Source: an uncultured Actinomycetes bacterium (lineage in GTDB: Bacteria > Actinomycetota > Thermoleophilia > UBA2241). From it: a stretch of DNA of 64,000 nt. Location: the NCBI GenBank assembly GCA_963755025.1, contig CAVWIH010000014.1:96001-160000 (forward strand), given 5' to 3'. The notes beneath the pieces were generated by a model that was not told the origin of the DNA, made no database searches, and saw only the letters and a program-made list of their open reading frames with translations. Each line of letters begins with the position of its first letter. Within the stretch, counting starts at the first letter, position 1. The position numbers and the translations under genes are program-made. Of the stretch, positions 51,115 to 61,526 are shown piece after piece.

Positions 51115-52663
51115 ATGACCGGATTCGAGGAGACCTACACGATCGTCGGCGACCTGCCGCCGGGCGACGCCTTTCGCGCCCAGCGCGCGGTCACGGCCGA
51201 CGGCGCCGAGGTGGTCGTCAAGACCGTCCGCCCGGTGGCCCCCGACATGTTCGAGCGCGCCATCGCCCGCGTGGCCACGGTCACGGGGCCGCACAACGAG
51301 CACGTGCTCGGCTGGGAGCGCCGCGACCAGGCCGTGGCGCTGGCGGCCGCGCCCGTGCGCGGCGTCGACCTGGGGCATGAGCTGGCTCAGGCCGGCGCCC
51401 TGCCGCCGCAATCGGTGCGCGGGCTGGGCGCGCAGGCGGCGCTCGGCCTGGCGGCCCTGCACGCCAGAGGCATCGTGCACGGCGCGGTCAAGCCGGCCTC
51501 GCTCGTCCAGGCGGGTGACGGCGCCGTCGTCGTGGTCGACGCCGGCCTCCTGCAGGCCCAGGGCGGCGCCGACCTGAGCGACACGGCGCCGCCGCGCAAC
51601 GGCGCCTACGTGAGCCCCGAAGAGGTCATGGGCCGGCCGCTGCTGCCGGCTTCCGACGTCTACAGCCTCGGCGTCGTGCTCTACCAGCTCGTCACCGGCC
51701 GGTTGCCGTTCGACGGCCAGAACGCCTTCGCCGTGGCGCAGGACCACGTGGGCGCGCCGGCCCGTGCCGCCGCAGCGCTGGAACGCGGCGGTGCCCGACA
51801 CGCTCGAGGCCGTGATCATGCGGGCTCTCGCCAAGGCGCCCGAAGACCGCTACCCCTCTGGTCGCGAGCTCTTTGCGGCCCTCGACTCCGACCTCGAGCC
51901 GACGCGCGTCATCGCGCCGGCGGCCGCGCCGCGCCGCGCCATCTGGCCCTGGGTCGTGGCCGGCCTCGCCGCGCTGGCCGTCATCGTCGGCGTGCTCTGG
52001 GCGACGGGCGTGTTCACCCAGAAGGCCATGGTCCCCAACGTGGTCGGCGCGACCCTCGCCAACGCGCAGACCACCCTCTCGCAGGCCGGCTTCAAGGTCG
52101 GCAGCGTGGGCTACCAGCAGGGCGTCGGCAAGACGCAGGGCACCGTGCTCTCGCAAGACCCGCGGGCGGGGGCGCAGGCCGGCAAGGGCTCGAGCGTAAA
52201 CCTGATCGCCGTGGGGGCGACAGCGCAGACCGTGCCCAACGTCATCGGCATGACGCAGGCGGCGGCGACCGCCGCCATCACCGCCGCCGGCCTGGCGCTC
52301 GGGCACGTGACGCAGCTCTACAGCTCGGAGCCGGCCGGTTCGGTCACAGACCAGGCCCCCAACTCGGGCGTCAACGCGCCGGCGGGCTCGCAGGTCGCCA
52401 TCACCATCTCGCGCGGACCCACGCCCTCGGCGAGCCCGGCGGCCGCGGCGGTGCCCACTGTGACCGGCCAGAGCCAAGCGCAGGCCACGACCACCCTGCA
52501 GTCGGCCGGCTTCGTGGTGGTCGCCGACCGGGTGGCCAGCAGCTCGGTGCCCGACGGCGTGGTCTCCGACCAGACGCCGGCCGGCGGCGTGCTGGCGCAG
52601 CCGGGCACGACCGTGACGATCGTCGTCTCGAGCGGCTCGCCGTCGGCCTCGCCGTCGCCCTGA
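51115..52663 (+). CDS. PknB-like kinase-fold + TM + 3 PASTA protein with a degenerate catalytic loop; frameshift near 51760
   Basis: VVVK, IVHGAVKPASL, DAG, YVSPE, SDVYSLGVVLY, ALAKAPEDRY; PASTA repeats VPNVVG, VPNVIG, VPTVTG. Confidence 0.85.
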
Positions 52664-52700
52664 CCGGGGCGCGGACCCACCTTCGAAGGGAGAACAGACG

Positions 52701-53256
52701 ATGGAGAGCGACGGACTCGTCCTCTACCTTGGCATCTACGACACGCCGGCCCGGGCCGAACAGGACTTCTCGGAGATCGCCGCGCTGCACCGCTCCGGGC
52801 GGGTCGGCACCTACGACGCGGCCATCGTCGAGAAGGCCGGTGACGGCGCGCGTGACCATGCGCAAGCACGAGAAGCCCACGCAGCACGGGGCCTGGACCG
52901 GGATCGGCGTGGGCGCCGTGCTCGGCCTGCTCTTTCCGCCCTCGATCATCGTCGGCGGCGTCGTCGGGGGCGTCGCCGGAGGGCTCACCGGGCACCTCTG
53001 GCGGGGGCTCTCGCGAGCCGACGTCAAGGAGCTCGGCGAGACCCTCGACAGGGGCGACGCCGCCCTGCTCGTGGTCGGCTCGCCGGCGCTGCGCGAACAG
53101 ACCGAGCGCCTTCTGTCGGGCGCGCAGCAGCGCGTCGTCAAACAGCTCGACCTCGCTCATCACGAGTTCGCCCGAGCGCTCGCCCAGGCCGAGGCCGAGG
53201 CGGCCAAGGGCGGCGCCGCCACGTCGGCGGGCGCGCAGGGCGGCGCGACGGCGTAA
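52701..53256 (+). CDS. DUF1269 domain protein; frameshift near 52845
   Basis: YDAAIVEK, HGAWTGIGVGAVLGLLFPP glycine zipper, LSRADVKELGETLDRGDAAL. Confidence 0.7.
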
Positions 53257-53385
53257 GGCGGCGCGACGGCGCGCAAGAGGCGTGAGCGCGACGGCGTGAG
53301 GCCGACGGCGCGAAAGTGGCGCGTCCCGCGAATGCGGCGTGAGCGCGACGGCGTAAACGCGGCGCGCCCCGGACATCATGTTCTC

Positions 53386-54852
53386 GTGAGCAGGCAAGCC
53401 ACAGCAGAGTCGCTGTCGAGCTGGCTGGCGACCGAAGAGGAGCTCGCGGCGCGCGGCAGAGGCGCGCACCTCAGTCTGGTGACCGAGGGCTGGCGCCCGG
53501 CGCGTGAGCACCGCGCGCTCGGCAAGGCCGCTCGCAAGACGGCGCCACGGCGCGGCCATGCGAATTGGGAGCCCGCCCCGGGGCGCCCCGACCCCATCGC
53601 CGCGCTGCGCGGTCAGGACGCCGATCGCGTACCCGAGCTCGTGCCCATCCGCTGGGGCCGCATGTCGATCTCGCCGTTCACCTTCTACCGCGGCGCGGCG
53701 CTGGTCATGGCGTCAGACCTCGCCACGACGCCCGTCTCGGGCCTGCGTGCGCAGCTCTGCGGCGACGCCCACGTCATGAACTTCGGCGTCTTCGCCGCGC
53801 CCGATCGGCGCCTGATCTTCGACATCAACGACTTCGACGAGACACTGCCGGGGCCTTGGGAGTGGGACGTCAAGCGTCTCGCGACGAGCGTCGTGATCGC
53901 GGCGCGCAACCGCGGGTTCACGGCGGACCAGGGCCGCGACGCGGCGCTGTCCGCGGTCTGCTCGTACCGTTCCTGGATGGCACGCTACGCCACCATGACC
54001 AACCGCGACGTGTGGTTCTCGCGAGTCACCGCCGACGACGCGCTGACCCTGGTCAGAGACATCGCGGGAGCCCGGACCAAGACCACCGCTGCGATGCTGG
54101 CCAAGGCCCGCGCCCACGACAGCGCGCACGCCTTCCACAAGCTCACCACGGTCGTCGACGGCCGGCCGCGCTTCATCGACAAACCGCCGCTGATCGCCCA
54201 CCTCACCGCCGAGCAGGCCGACCTGGCGACCGCCGGCCGCCAAGCCTTTGCTCACTACCGGCGCACGCTGTCGGTCGAGTGGCGCGCGATGCTCGACCGC
54301 TACGCCTTCGTCGACCTCGCCTTCAAGGTCGTCGGCGTGGGCAGCGTGGGCACCCGCGACCTCGTCGTGCTGCTCATGGGCCGCGACGACGGCGACCCCC
54401 TCATCCTGCAGCTGAAAGAGGCCGGACCCTCGGTGCTCGAGGCCTACGCCGGGCGCAGCCACTACCACAACCACGGCCACCGCGTGGTCGCCGGCCAGCG
54501 CCTCATGCAGGCGGCCGGCGACATGTTCCTGGGCTGGATCCGGGGCACGGGCCACGAGCACCTCGACCTCTACTGGCGCCAACTGCACGACCTCAAGGGC
54601 TCGATCCCCATAGACCGCGTGCGGCCCGCCGGCCTGTGCCTGTATGCCGGCCTGTGCGGCTGGACGCTGGCGCGCGCCCATGCCCGCTCCGGCGATCGCC
54701 TGGCGATCGCCGCGTACCTGGGCGCGAGTGACCGCTTCGATCAGGCCGTCGCCGACTTCGCCGCCGCCTACGCCGATCAGGCCGAGCGCGACTACGAGCT
54801 CATGATCAAGGCGATCAAGCGCGGCGAGATTCACGCCGAGACCGGCGTCTGA
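53386..54852 (+). CDS. DUF2252 domain protein
   Basis: RMSISPFTFYRGAA, CGDAHVMNFG, DINDFDET, KVVGVGSVGTR, LQLKEA, LARAHARSGD; start approximate. Confidence 0.9.
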   Translation: MSRQATAESLSSWLATEEELAARGRGAHLSLVTEGWRPAREHRALGKAARKTAPRRGHANWEPAPGRPDPIAALRGQDADRVPELVPIRWGRMSISPFTFYRGAALVMASDLATTPVSGLRAQLCGDAHVMNFGVFAAPDRRLIFDINDFDETLPGPWEWDVKRLATSVVIAARNRGFTADQGRDAALSAVCSYRSWMARYATMTNRDVWFSRVTADDALTLVRDIAGARTKTTAAMLAKARAHDSAHAFHKLTTVVDGRPRFIDKPPLIAHLTAEQADLATAGRQAFAHYRRTLSVEWRAMLDRYAFVDLAFKVVGVGSVGTRDLVVLLMGRDDGDPLILQLKEAGPSVLEAYAGRSHYHNHGHRVVAGQRLMQAAGDMFLGWIRGTGHEHLDLYWRQLHDLKGSIPIDRVRPAGLCLYAGLCGWTLARAHARSGDRLAIAAYLGASDRFDQAVADFAAAYADQAERDYELMIKAIKRGEIHAETGV

Positions 54853-55021
54853 CCCCCGCTTCTGACCCCCGCTCCTGGCCCGCCTGCCGCAGGCCGCGGT
54901 AGCCGACCACGGTCGCGGACGGCGCGCGGCGCACGCTCACGCGCTTCGCCGCGGCGACGCGTTGCCCCTCAGGTAGAATACGGCGTTCCTTTTGCAAGCG
55001 CCGACGAACCGAGGCCTGTCC

Positions 55022-56507
55022 ATGCTCACCGTGCTCCTGGCCGACCTGCACCTGGGCCTGTTCGGCAGGCTGTCGTGGTGGGTGCTGGTACCCCTGATCG
55101 TGTACTGGGCGATCGTCGTGGTGCTGCTCATCTACGACAACCGCGAGCCCAGCAGCACGCTGATCTGGCTGTTCGTGCTGGTCTTCCTGCCCGTCGTCGG
55201 CCTCGTCTTCTTCCTGTTCTTCGGCCGCGACTGGAAGGTGATCACGGCGCGCCGGCACTGGGCCGAAGGCTACGTCGCGGCCGTCAAGGCCAAGATGCGC
55301 CCGATCTACGAGCGCAACGCCGCCACCCAGGCACGGTTCGACGAGCTCTACGCCGACACTCCGGCGGCCGACATCTCGACCACCATCCGCGTCGACAGCG
55401 ACTCGTGGCCGCTGCCCGCCGACAGCGTCGAGATCTTCGCCACCGGCGCCGAGAAGTTCACCCGCCTCGAGCGCGACCTGGCCGCCGCCGACGCGCGTTC
55501 ATCCACATGGAGTACTTCATCTGGGAGCAGGACGAGCTCACGGCGCGCATCACCCAGATCCTGCTCGAGCGCCTCACGGCCGGCGTCGAGGTGCGCATAC
55601 TCTACGACTACATCGGCAGCATCAGCTTCAAGAAGGACGAGCTCAAGGAGCTGGCGGCGGCCGGCGCCCAGGTGAGCGCCGACGTGAAGTACCTCTTCAA
55701 GCTGAACTACCGCAACCACCGCAAGATCGTCGTGATCGACGGCGTCATCGGCTACACCGGCGGCATGAACCTGGGCCAGGAGTACATCGACGGCGGCAAG
55801 CGCTTCGCGAGCTGGCGCGACACCCACCTGCGCATCACCGGGCAAGCCGTCGCCGAGCTGCAGAAGCTGTTCGCCCTGCGCTGGTTCGAAGACGAGCACG
55901 AAGACCTGCTCGACGACCGCTACCTGCCCCCGGCCGAGAGCGGCGACCGCGACGGGTCAGGTCCTGACGCAGCTCGTCGCGCACACGATCGAAGACCCCT
56001 GGGAGGCCGGCCGCCGCGCCCACATGATCGCCATCTCGCAGGCCGACCGCACGGTGAAGATCCAGTCGCCGTACTTCGTGCCCGACCAGGGCATGTACGA
56101 CGCCATGATCAACGCCGCCCTTTCGGGCGTCGACCTGCGCTTCATGATGACCGGCATGATCGACAAGAAGCTGCCCTTCTGGGCGGCCCAGACCTACTAC
56201 GAGCCGCTGCTGCGCGCCGGCGCCCACGTCTACCTCTACGAGGCCGGCTTCTTCCACGCCAAGACGATCGCCGTCGACTCGCAGATCTGCGCGGTCGGCA
56301 CCATGAACATGGACATCCGCAGCCTGCGCCTGCACAAGGAGCTCATGCTCTGGATGTTCGACCAGGACCTCACCCGCCAGCTCGAGGTCGATCTTCGAGC
56401 GCGACCTGCTGCACTGCCGCGAGATGACCCTGGCCGACGTGCGCTCGGTGAGCCACTGGCAGCGCTTTCGCAACTCCTTCGCCCGGCTGTTCTCGTCCGA
56501 GATCTGA
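55022..56507 (+). CDS. cls: Cardiolipin synthase; frameshifts near 55495, 55960 and 56388
   Basis: N-terminal PLDc_N TMs; two HKD motifs (RNHRKIVVIDG, FHAKTIAVD); SPYFVPD; TAGAAT at 54974-54979. Confidence 0.88.
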
Positions 56508-56810
56508 AAGCCACGCGCGCCACGGCGCGGCCGCGGGCCGGCGGGCGGCGCGCCGCGTGGCGCGGGCTCAAGGGCCGCGCGAGGGGCCCGCGCCGGGCCG
56601 AGCTCGCGGGCCGGGCGCGCGAGCGGCCCGACGCGCGCCCGCGCGATCCGTGGCGCCCAAGCGCCCCCAAACGGGACAGGTTTTCGCCCACCGCTGGTAT
56701 CTAGTACGGAGCAACCAGCCCTGCGGGCGGCCGAGCGCAGCGCGCCGATGACCGGCGGCTTTCAGAGAGTGACGGCGGCGCTCGCAGGGCGTGACGAAGG
56801 GGTCGCGACC

Positions 56811-57660
56811 ATGACCGAGACACAGCAGCCCGGGGCGGCGGCGCCCCGCCCACAGACGAGGAGCTCGCGGCGCACCGCCGCTCGGTGCTGGCGGTCGCCG
56901 AGGCGACCCACACGACGCGCCAGCTGCACTCGATGCGTCGAGTTCCGCGACGACCACTACGAGTGGCGCCGCCTGTTCTCGGAGCTGCTCGGCACCTTCA
57001 TGCTGGTCTTCGTGGCCGCCGGCGGCGGCATCGTCAACGCCAAGTTCGGCGGCAGCAACATCCCGCAGTTCATCCTGGTGACCGCGCCCGGCATGATGGT
57101 GCTCAGCATCATCCTCTTCATGGGCGCCGTCTCGGGCGCGCACCTGAACCCCGGGGTCAGCCTGGCCTTCGCCCTGCGCGGCGACTTTCCCTGGCGGCGC
57201 GTGCCGGGCTACATCGTGGTCCAGTTCGTCGGCGCCATCCTGGCCACGCTGCTGCTGGTCGCCCTGCTGGGCAAGCAGGGCAACGCCGGCCTCACCCTGC
57301 CCGGCCCCGGCATCAGCGCCACCACCGCCCTGCTCTGGGAGATCGTGCTCACCGACCGGCCTGGTGAGCGTCATCCTGGGCGTCTCGTCGGGCGCCCAGG
57401 CGGTGGGCTGGGGCGCCGCCCTCGGCGTCGGCAGCTTCATCGCCCTGGCCGGCATGATCGGCGCCTCGGTGAGCGGCGCCTCGATGAACACGGCGCGCTC
57501 GCTGGGACCGGCCATCGCCCTGTGGCGCTTCACCGACTGGTGGGTCTACCTGATCGGCCCGCCGGTCGGCGCCGTGATCGCCGTGGGCATCGCCTACGTG
57601 CTGCGCGGGCCGGGCGGCGACGCCACGGCGCGGCGGGCTGGCTCGGGGGCGCTGGGGTAG
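56811..57660 (+). CDS. Aquaporin/MIP family channel; frameshifts near the 5' end and near 57355
   Basis: SELLGTFML, SGAHLNPGVS, SGASMNTARSLGP, WVYLIGP. Confidence 0.85.
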
Positions 57661-57691
57661 GCGGGGGCGACGGCCCGGAGCGGCCGGGCCT

Positions 57692-58528
57692 TCAGCCCTT
57701 GGACCGCGCCTTGGCCTCGGCGGCCTCGCGGCGTTCGAGCGGCACGAAGGTGACCGCCAGGCCGGCCGGCCGCACCTCGACGATGGCCACCGTGGGACCG
57801 TCGTCTTCTTCGTGGGGCGCGCTCGCGCTGCCCGGGTCGAGGTAGAGCGTGCCGTCGACCCAGGCCGCCGCCGGCACGTGGTCGTGACCGTAGATCACGA
57901 GGTCGGGAGCCGCCGACTTGGGCAGGCCTTCGATGGTGCCCGCGGCGAGGTCCTTGAGCAGGCGCTTGCGCTTGTGGCCCACCACGAAGCGCACGCCGGC
58001 CACCTCGCCGACCACGTGCCGCGGCAGCGCGGCCGTAGGCCCGCCCGAGTCCATGTTGCCGACCACCGCCGTGACCGGCGCCACCGTGGCGAGCCGTTCC
58101 AGGATCTCAGGGTCGACGATGTCGCCGGCGTGGATGATGTGGCTCACGCCGCTGAAGACGTCGAGGACCGCCGGGTCGAGGTAGCCGTGGTTGTCGGAGA
58201 TGACGCCGATGCGCGCGGGCGACCCCACGGCAGCGTCGCTCGCCGCCTCGGCGGCGCCGGGCGCGGGCCCGCCGGCGGGCGCGGCGAACGAGCCCTCAGC
58301 CGCCTCGCGGCGGCTCGACTCGCCGGCCTGGCCGTGCCGCCCGCCGGCCGCCGCCCGGAGAGCGCCAGGCCCCAAGCGGCCGGTGGCGATCTGCCTGTCG
58401 CCGCGCGCTGCGGCCCACGCCGAGCCCAGGTCGTCGGGCGGCAGCCTGTTGAGGCTCTGTTCGAGGGCAGCCGGTAACCCCCGCCCGCTCATCATCGAGG
58501 CGAAACTCCCGTTCGTCTGCTCTGACAT
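57692..58528 (-). CDS. YfcE-like metallophosphoesterase with an N-terminal extension
   Basis: ISDNHG, HAGD, GNMD, GHDH, DPGS motifs. Confidence 0.8.
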   Translation of the reverse strand: MSEQTNGSFASMMSGRGLPAALEQSLNRLPPDDLGSAWAAARGDRQIATGRLGPGALRAAAGGRHGQAGESSRREAAEGSFAAPAGGPAPGAAEAASDAAVGSPARIGVISDNHGYLDPAVLDVFSGVSHIIHAGDIVDPEILERLATVAPVTAVVGNMDSGGPTAALPRHVVGEVAGVRFVVGHKRKRLLKDLAAGTIEGLPKSAAPDLVIYGHDHVPAAAWVDGTLYLDPGSASAPHEEDDGPTVAIVEVRPAGLAVTFVPLERREAAEAKARSKG

Positions 58529-58789
58529 GGACTCCTCCGTGGCGCCCGCTTGCGCTCAGCCGCCGGCCGAGCGCGGCCGGCTACTCAACACACGAGCGCC
58601 ACCGGCACGCGTCGGATCTGCACCCGGATGATGCACCCGAACGGCGCAGTAGAAACGTCGGTCGCCGTCAACGGGTTAAGCGGTGTGTGTTGCGGCGAGT
58701 GTACTAAGCGATGGATCCATCCACTGGGGATCGCGCTTCGGCCGCGAACGGGCGCGGGCGAGCCCCGCAGCAACGAGGAGAGTCACCTT

Positions 58790-59236
58790 ATGGACAACGA
58801 GATGCGACGCGGTTTCGGCTGGCTGGCTTTCGCCGGTTACGTCCTGATCATCGCCGGTGTCTTCAGCATGATCGACGGCATCGTGGCGCTGGCGAACGCC
58901 AGCTTCTTCACGGCAAACGCCCACTATGTCTTCAGTGACCTGCGCACCTGGGGCTGGATCACGCTGATCGTGGGCATCGTCGAGACCCTGGCCGGGTTCG
59001 GCGTCTTCACCGGCAGCCAGGTGGCGCGCTGGTTCGGCATCGTCATCGCCGGCCTGAGCGCCATCGGGCAGCTCATGTTCGCCCAGGCCTACCCCTTGTG
59101 GAGCCTGATCATCATCGCCGTCGACATGCTGGTCATCTACGGCCTGGCCGTGTACGGCGGCAGGGTCGCCAGCGAGGCGGCGCGGCTGCAGGACGTCTCG
59201 GGCTCAGAGACCGACCGCGAGCGCCGCGCGGCGTAG
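58790..59236 (+). CDS. 4-TM membrane protein (DUF7144-like)
   Basis: GWLAFAG...GIVAL...WGWITL...ARWFGI...YPLWS; GAGGAG RBS. Confidence 0.7.
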   Translation: MDNEMRRGFGWLAFAGYVLIIAGVFSMIDGIVALANASFFTANAHYVFSDLRTWGWITLIVGIVETLAGFGVFTGSQVARWFGIVIAGLSAIGQLMFAQAYPLWSLIIIAVDMLVIYGLAVYGGRVASEAARLQDVSGSETDRERRAA

Positions 59237-59262
59237 CCGCTCGGTCCGGGACCGACGCAGGC

Positions 59263-59306
59263 GCGGGCGGGCGGGCCGGCCTTGGGCCGGCCCGCCCGCC
59301 CGCTTT
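59263..59306. terminator. Probable bidirectional terminator hairpin between convergent genes
   Basis: 19-bp perfect stem gcgggcgggcgggccggcc-ttg-ggccggcccgcccgcccgc followed by ttt. Confidence 0.7.
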
Positions 59307-60244
59307 CAGTGCCCGTCGGCGGACGCGGGCGCGGCGGCAGAGCCGCCGTCTTCTGCTTCGAGCTCGGCCTTGGCCTGAGCCAGCTCGCTGAGCGCGGCCG
59401 GGTCGAGCTTGGGGTAGCGCGGGTCTATGTCTTTGAGGGCTTCGATGATCACGGCCGCGGCCGCGGCGCGCGCGAACCACTTGTGATCGGCCGGAATGAC
59501 GTGCCACGGCGCCCACGGCGTGCTGGTCGCCGACAGCATCTCGGAGAAGGCCCTCTGATAGTCGTCCCAGTAGCCCCGCTCGTGCACGTCGTGGGCCGAG
59601 AACTTCCAGTTCTTCTCGGGCATGTCGATGCGCTCCAGAAAGCGCTTGCGCTGCTCGTCTTTGGAGACGTTCAGCAGCAGCTTCACGACGCGGATGCCGT
59701 TGTCTGAGAGCATGTGCTCCCAGTCGTTGATCTCGCGGTAGCGGCGCTTCCACACGTCGCGCCGCGTGGCGGCCTTGGGCAGGCGCTGGGCCGCCAGCAG
59801 CTCGGGGTGGACGCGCACAACGAGGACCTCTTCGTAGTGCGAGCGGTTGAAGATGCCGATCTCGCCGCGCCCCGGCAGGCGCCGCGCATAGCGCCACAGG
59901 AAGTCGTGATCGAGCTCCTCGGGCGAGGGCACCTTGAAGCTCGAGACCGTGACACCCTGGGGGTTGACGCCGCTCATGACGTGGCGGATGGTGCCGTCCT
60001 TGCCGGCGGCGTCGAGGGCCTGCAGGACGACGAGCACGCCCCAGGTGTCCTGCGCGGCGAGGCGCGCCTGGTAGTCGGTGAGCTGCGTCACGCCGTGTTG
60101 CAGGAGCTCCTCGCCGTCGCGCTTCTTCAGGTAGTGGCCCTTGAAGGCCGGGTCGAAGTCGCGCGCGAGGCGCACCCGGCGCCCGGGCTCGACACGGAAG
60201 GGCGCGATGAACCCGCCGAGGTCGCGGAGGGTGGTGTCGGCCAC
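59306..60244 (-). CDS. ppk2: Polyphosphate kinase 2 family protein
   Basis: QALDAAGKDG, FKVPSPEELDHDFLWR, FNRSHYEEVL, KNWKFS, PADHKW. Confidence 0.92.
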   Translation of the reverse strand: MADTTLRDLGGFIAPFRVEPGRRVRLARDFDPAFKGHYLKKRDGEELLQHGVTQLTDYQARLAAQDTWGVLVVLQALDAAGKDGTIRHVMSGVNPQGVTVSSFKVPSPEELDHDFLWRYARRLPGRGEIGIFNRSHYEEVLVVRVHPELLAAQRLPKAATRRDVWKRRYREINDWEHMLSDNGIRVVKLLLNVSKDEQRKRFLERIDMPEKNWKFSAHDVHERGYWDDYQRAFSEMLSATSTPWAPWHVIPADHKWFARAAAAAVIIEALKDIDPRYPKLDPAALSELAQAKAELEAEDGGSAAAPASADGH

Positions 60245-60443
60245 GTCGCGGCTCCTTTCGCTCGTCCTGGTGAGCGGCGCACGGAAGTGCCCGGCGCCGA
60301 TCCTACGATCATGTCAGCAGGAGGCGGGCGGGGCAATGCCCCGCCCGCCCCGCCCCCGCTTGCCTCCTGGAGGATGCGTGCGCCTGTGTGACGCCGCGCT
60401 CGGCGTGCGGAGAGCGTCGCCGCCTGCGAAAACCGCGGCGCGC

Positions 60444-61379
60444 CTAGGCCCAGACGGTCTTCCAGTCGTCCTTCATGCTGACCACGACCCAGCCTCGCTG
60501 CGCGGCCAGCTGCAAGGCCTTTCCGGCGCCCTCGTCGTAGGCGTACTCGCGCTCGGCGTCGTCGTGGTGCACCAGCAGGCAAAGGCTCGGGCCGGAGTGT
60601 CCGGCGGCGTACTTGAGCATGTGGATGTCGCCGTCGGAGTTGCCGCCGGCAACGATCGGCCGGCGCCCGGTGGCGCGGTGGATGTGCAGCGGCTTGCCGG
60701 GGCCGTCGTCGATGGGCTGCTCGATCTCCTTGGTGCGCACGACCTGCGCCACCCCGTGCGCGTCTTCGGCGTAGCTGAACGTGACGCTGCTGCCGATGGC
60801 TCGCGCCCGCGGCACGCCGTAGACCTCCTCGCAGACGGCGCGCATGAAGTCGCGCCCGCCCCCCGAAGTGAGGAAGACCTGAAAGCCGTTGTCGCGCAGG
60901 TAGTGGAGCAGCTCGACCATGGGCCGGTAGACCAGCTGCCTGTACGGCTTGTCGAAGCGCGCGTCGCGCGCGGTGCTCAGGAACTCGAGCGCGTCGGCTT
61001 CGAACTCCTCGACCGTCAGGCCCTCGAAGGCCTCGGTCATGCCCGAGGCGAGCATGATGACGCCGCTCGGGTCGCCCGCGGCGTAGTCGGCCTGGACCTT
61101 GGCGAACCAGGCCATGTCGTGCTCGACGACCGCCTTGAACGGCTGGCGCTCGCGCAGCTCCGGGTGCGCGGCGGCGAGCTTGCCGATGGCGCCCAGGCCG
61201 TGCTGCAGCTGGATGTACATCGGTTTCTCGAGCCACAGCGTGCCGTCGTTGTCGAAGGTGGCGATCCGCGCCGCGGGCGGCACGAAGTCCTCTTCGCCCG
61301 CGGTCGTCACGCGCCTGACGAAGTCGCAGATCGCGCTCCTGGCGGCGCCGTCGCGCCACGAGGCAAGCGTGCCGGTCAT
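60444..61379 (-). CDS. HAD family hydrolase (acid phosphatase-like)
   Basis: FDNDGTLW, SGGGRDFMR, GK, GNSDGD, HDDAEREY. Confidence 0.88.
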   Translation of the reverse strand: MTGTLASWRDGAARSAICDFVRRVTTAGEEDFVPPAARIATFDNDGTLWLEKPMYIQLQHGLGAIGKLAAAHPELRERQPFKAVVEHDMAWFAKVQADYAAGDPSGVIMLASGMTEAFEGLTVEEFEADALEFLSTARDARFDKPYRQLVYRPMVELLHYLRDNGFQVFLTSGGGRDFMRAVCEEVYGVPRARAIGSSVTFSYAEDAHGVAQVVRTKEIEQPIDDGPGKPLHIHRATGRRPIVAGGNSDGDIHMLKYAAGHSGPSLCLLVHHDDAEREYAYDEGAGKALQLAAQRGWVVVSMKDDWKTVWA

Positions 61380-61446
61380 CGTGCTCCTCTCAACGCCAGA
61401 GCTTCTGTCATCGCGCCCCTCTCCCGATCGGTTGCTCGGCGACCGA

Positions 61447-61486
61447 GCGGGGGCGCGGGCGGCTTTTCAGCCGCCCGCGCCCCCGC
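61447..61486 (-). terminator. Strong hairpin downstream of the sulfatase
   Basis: gcgggggcgcgggcggct-tttc-agccgcccgcgcccccgc inverted repeat. Confidence 0.55.
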
Positions 61487-61526
61487 CTTCGTCAGTCTGG
61501 CCGGCCGTCCGTCAGCATCCGGCGCA

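Noticed and set aside
53243-53354. Repeated gcgcgacggcg motifs between DUF1269 and DUF2252
   Set aside because: Short, irregularly spaced and very GC-rich; low-complexity slippage is a sufficient explanation.
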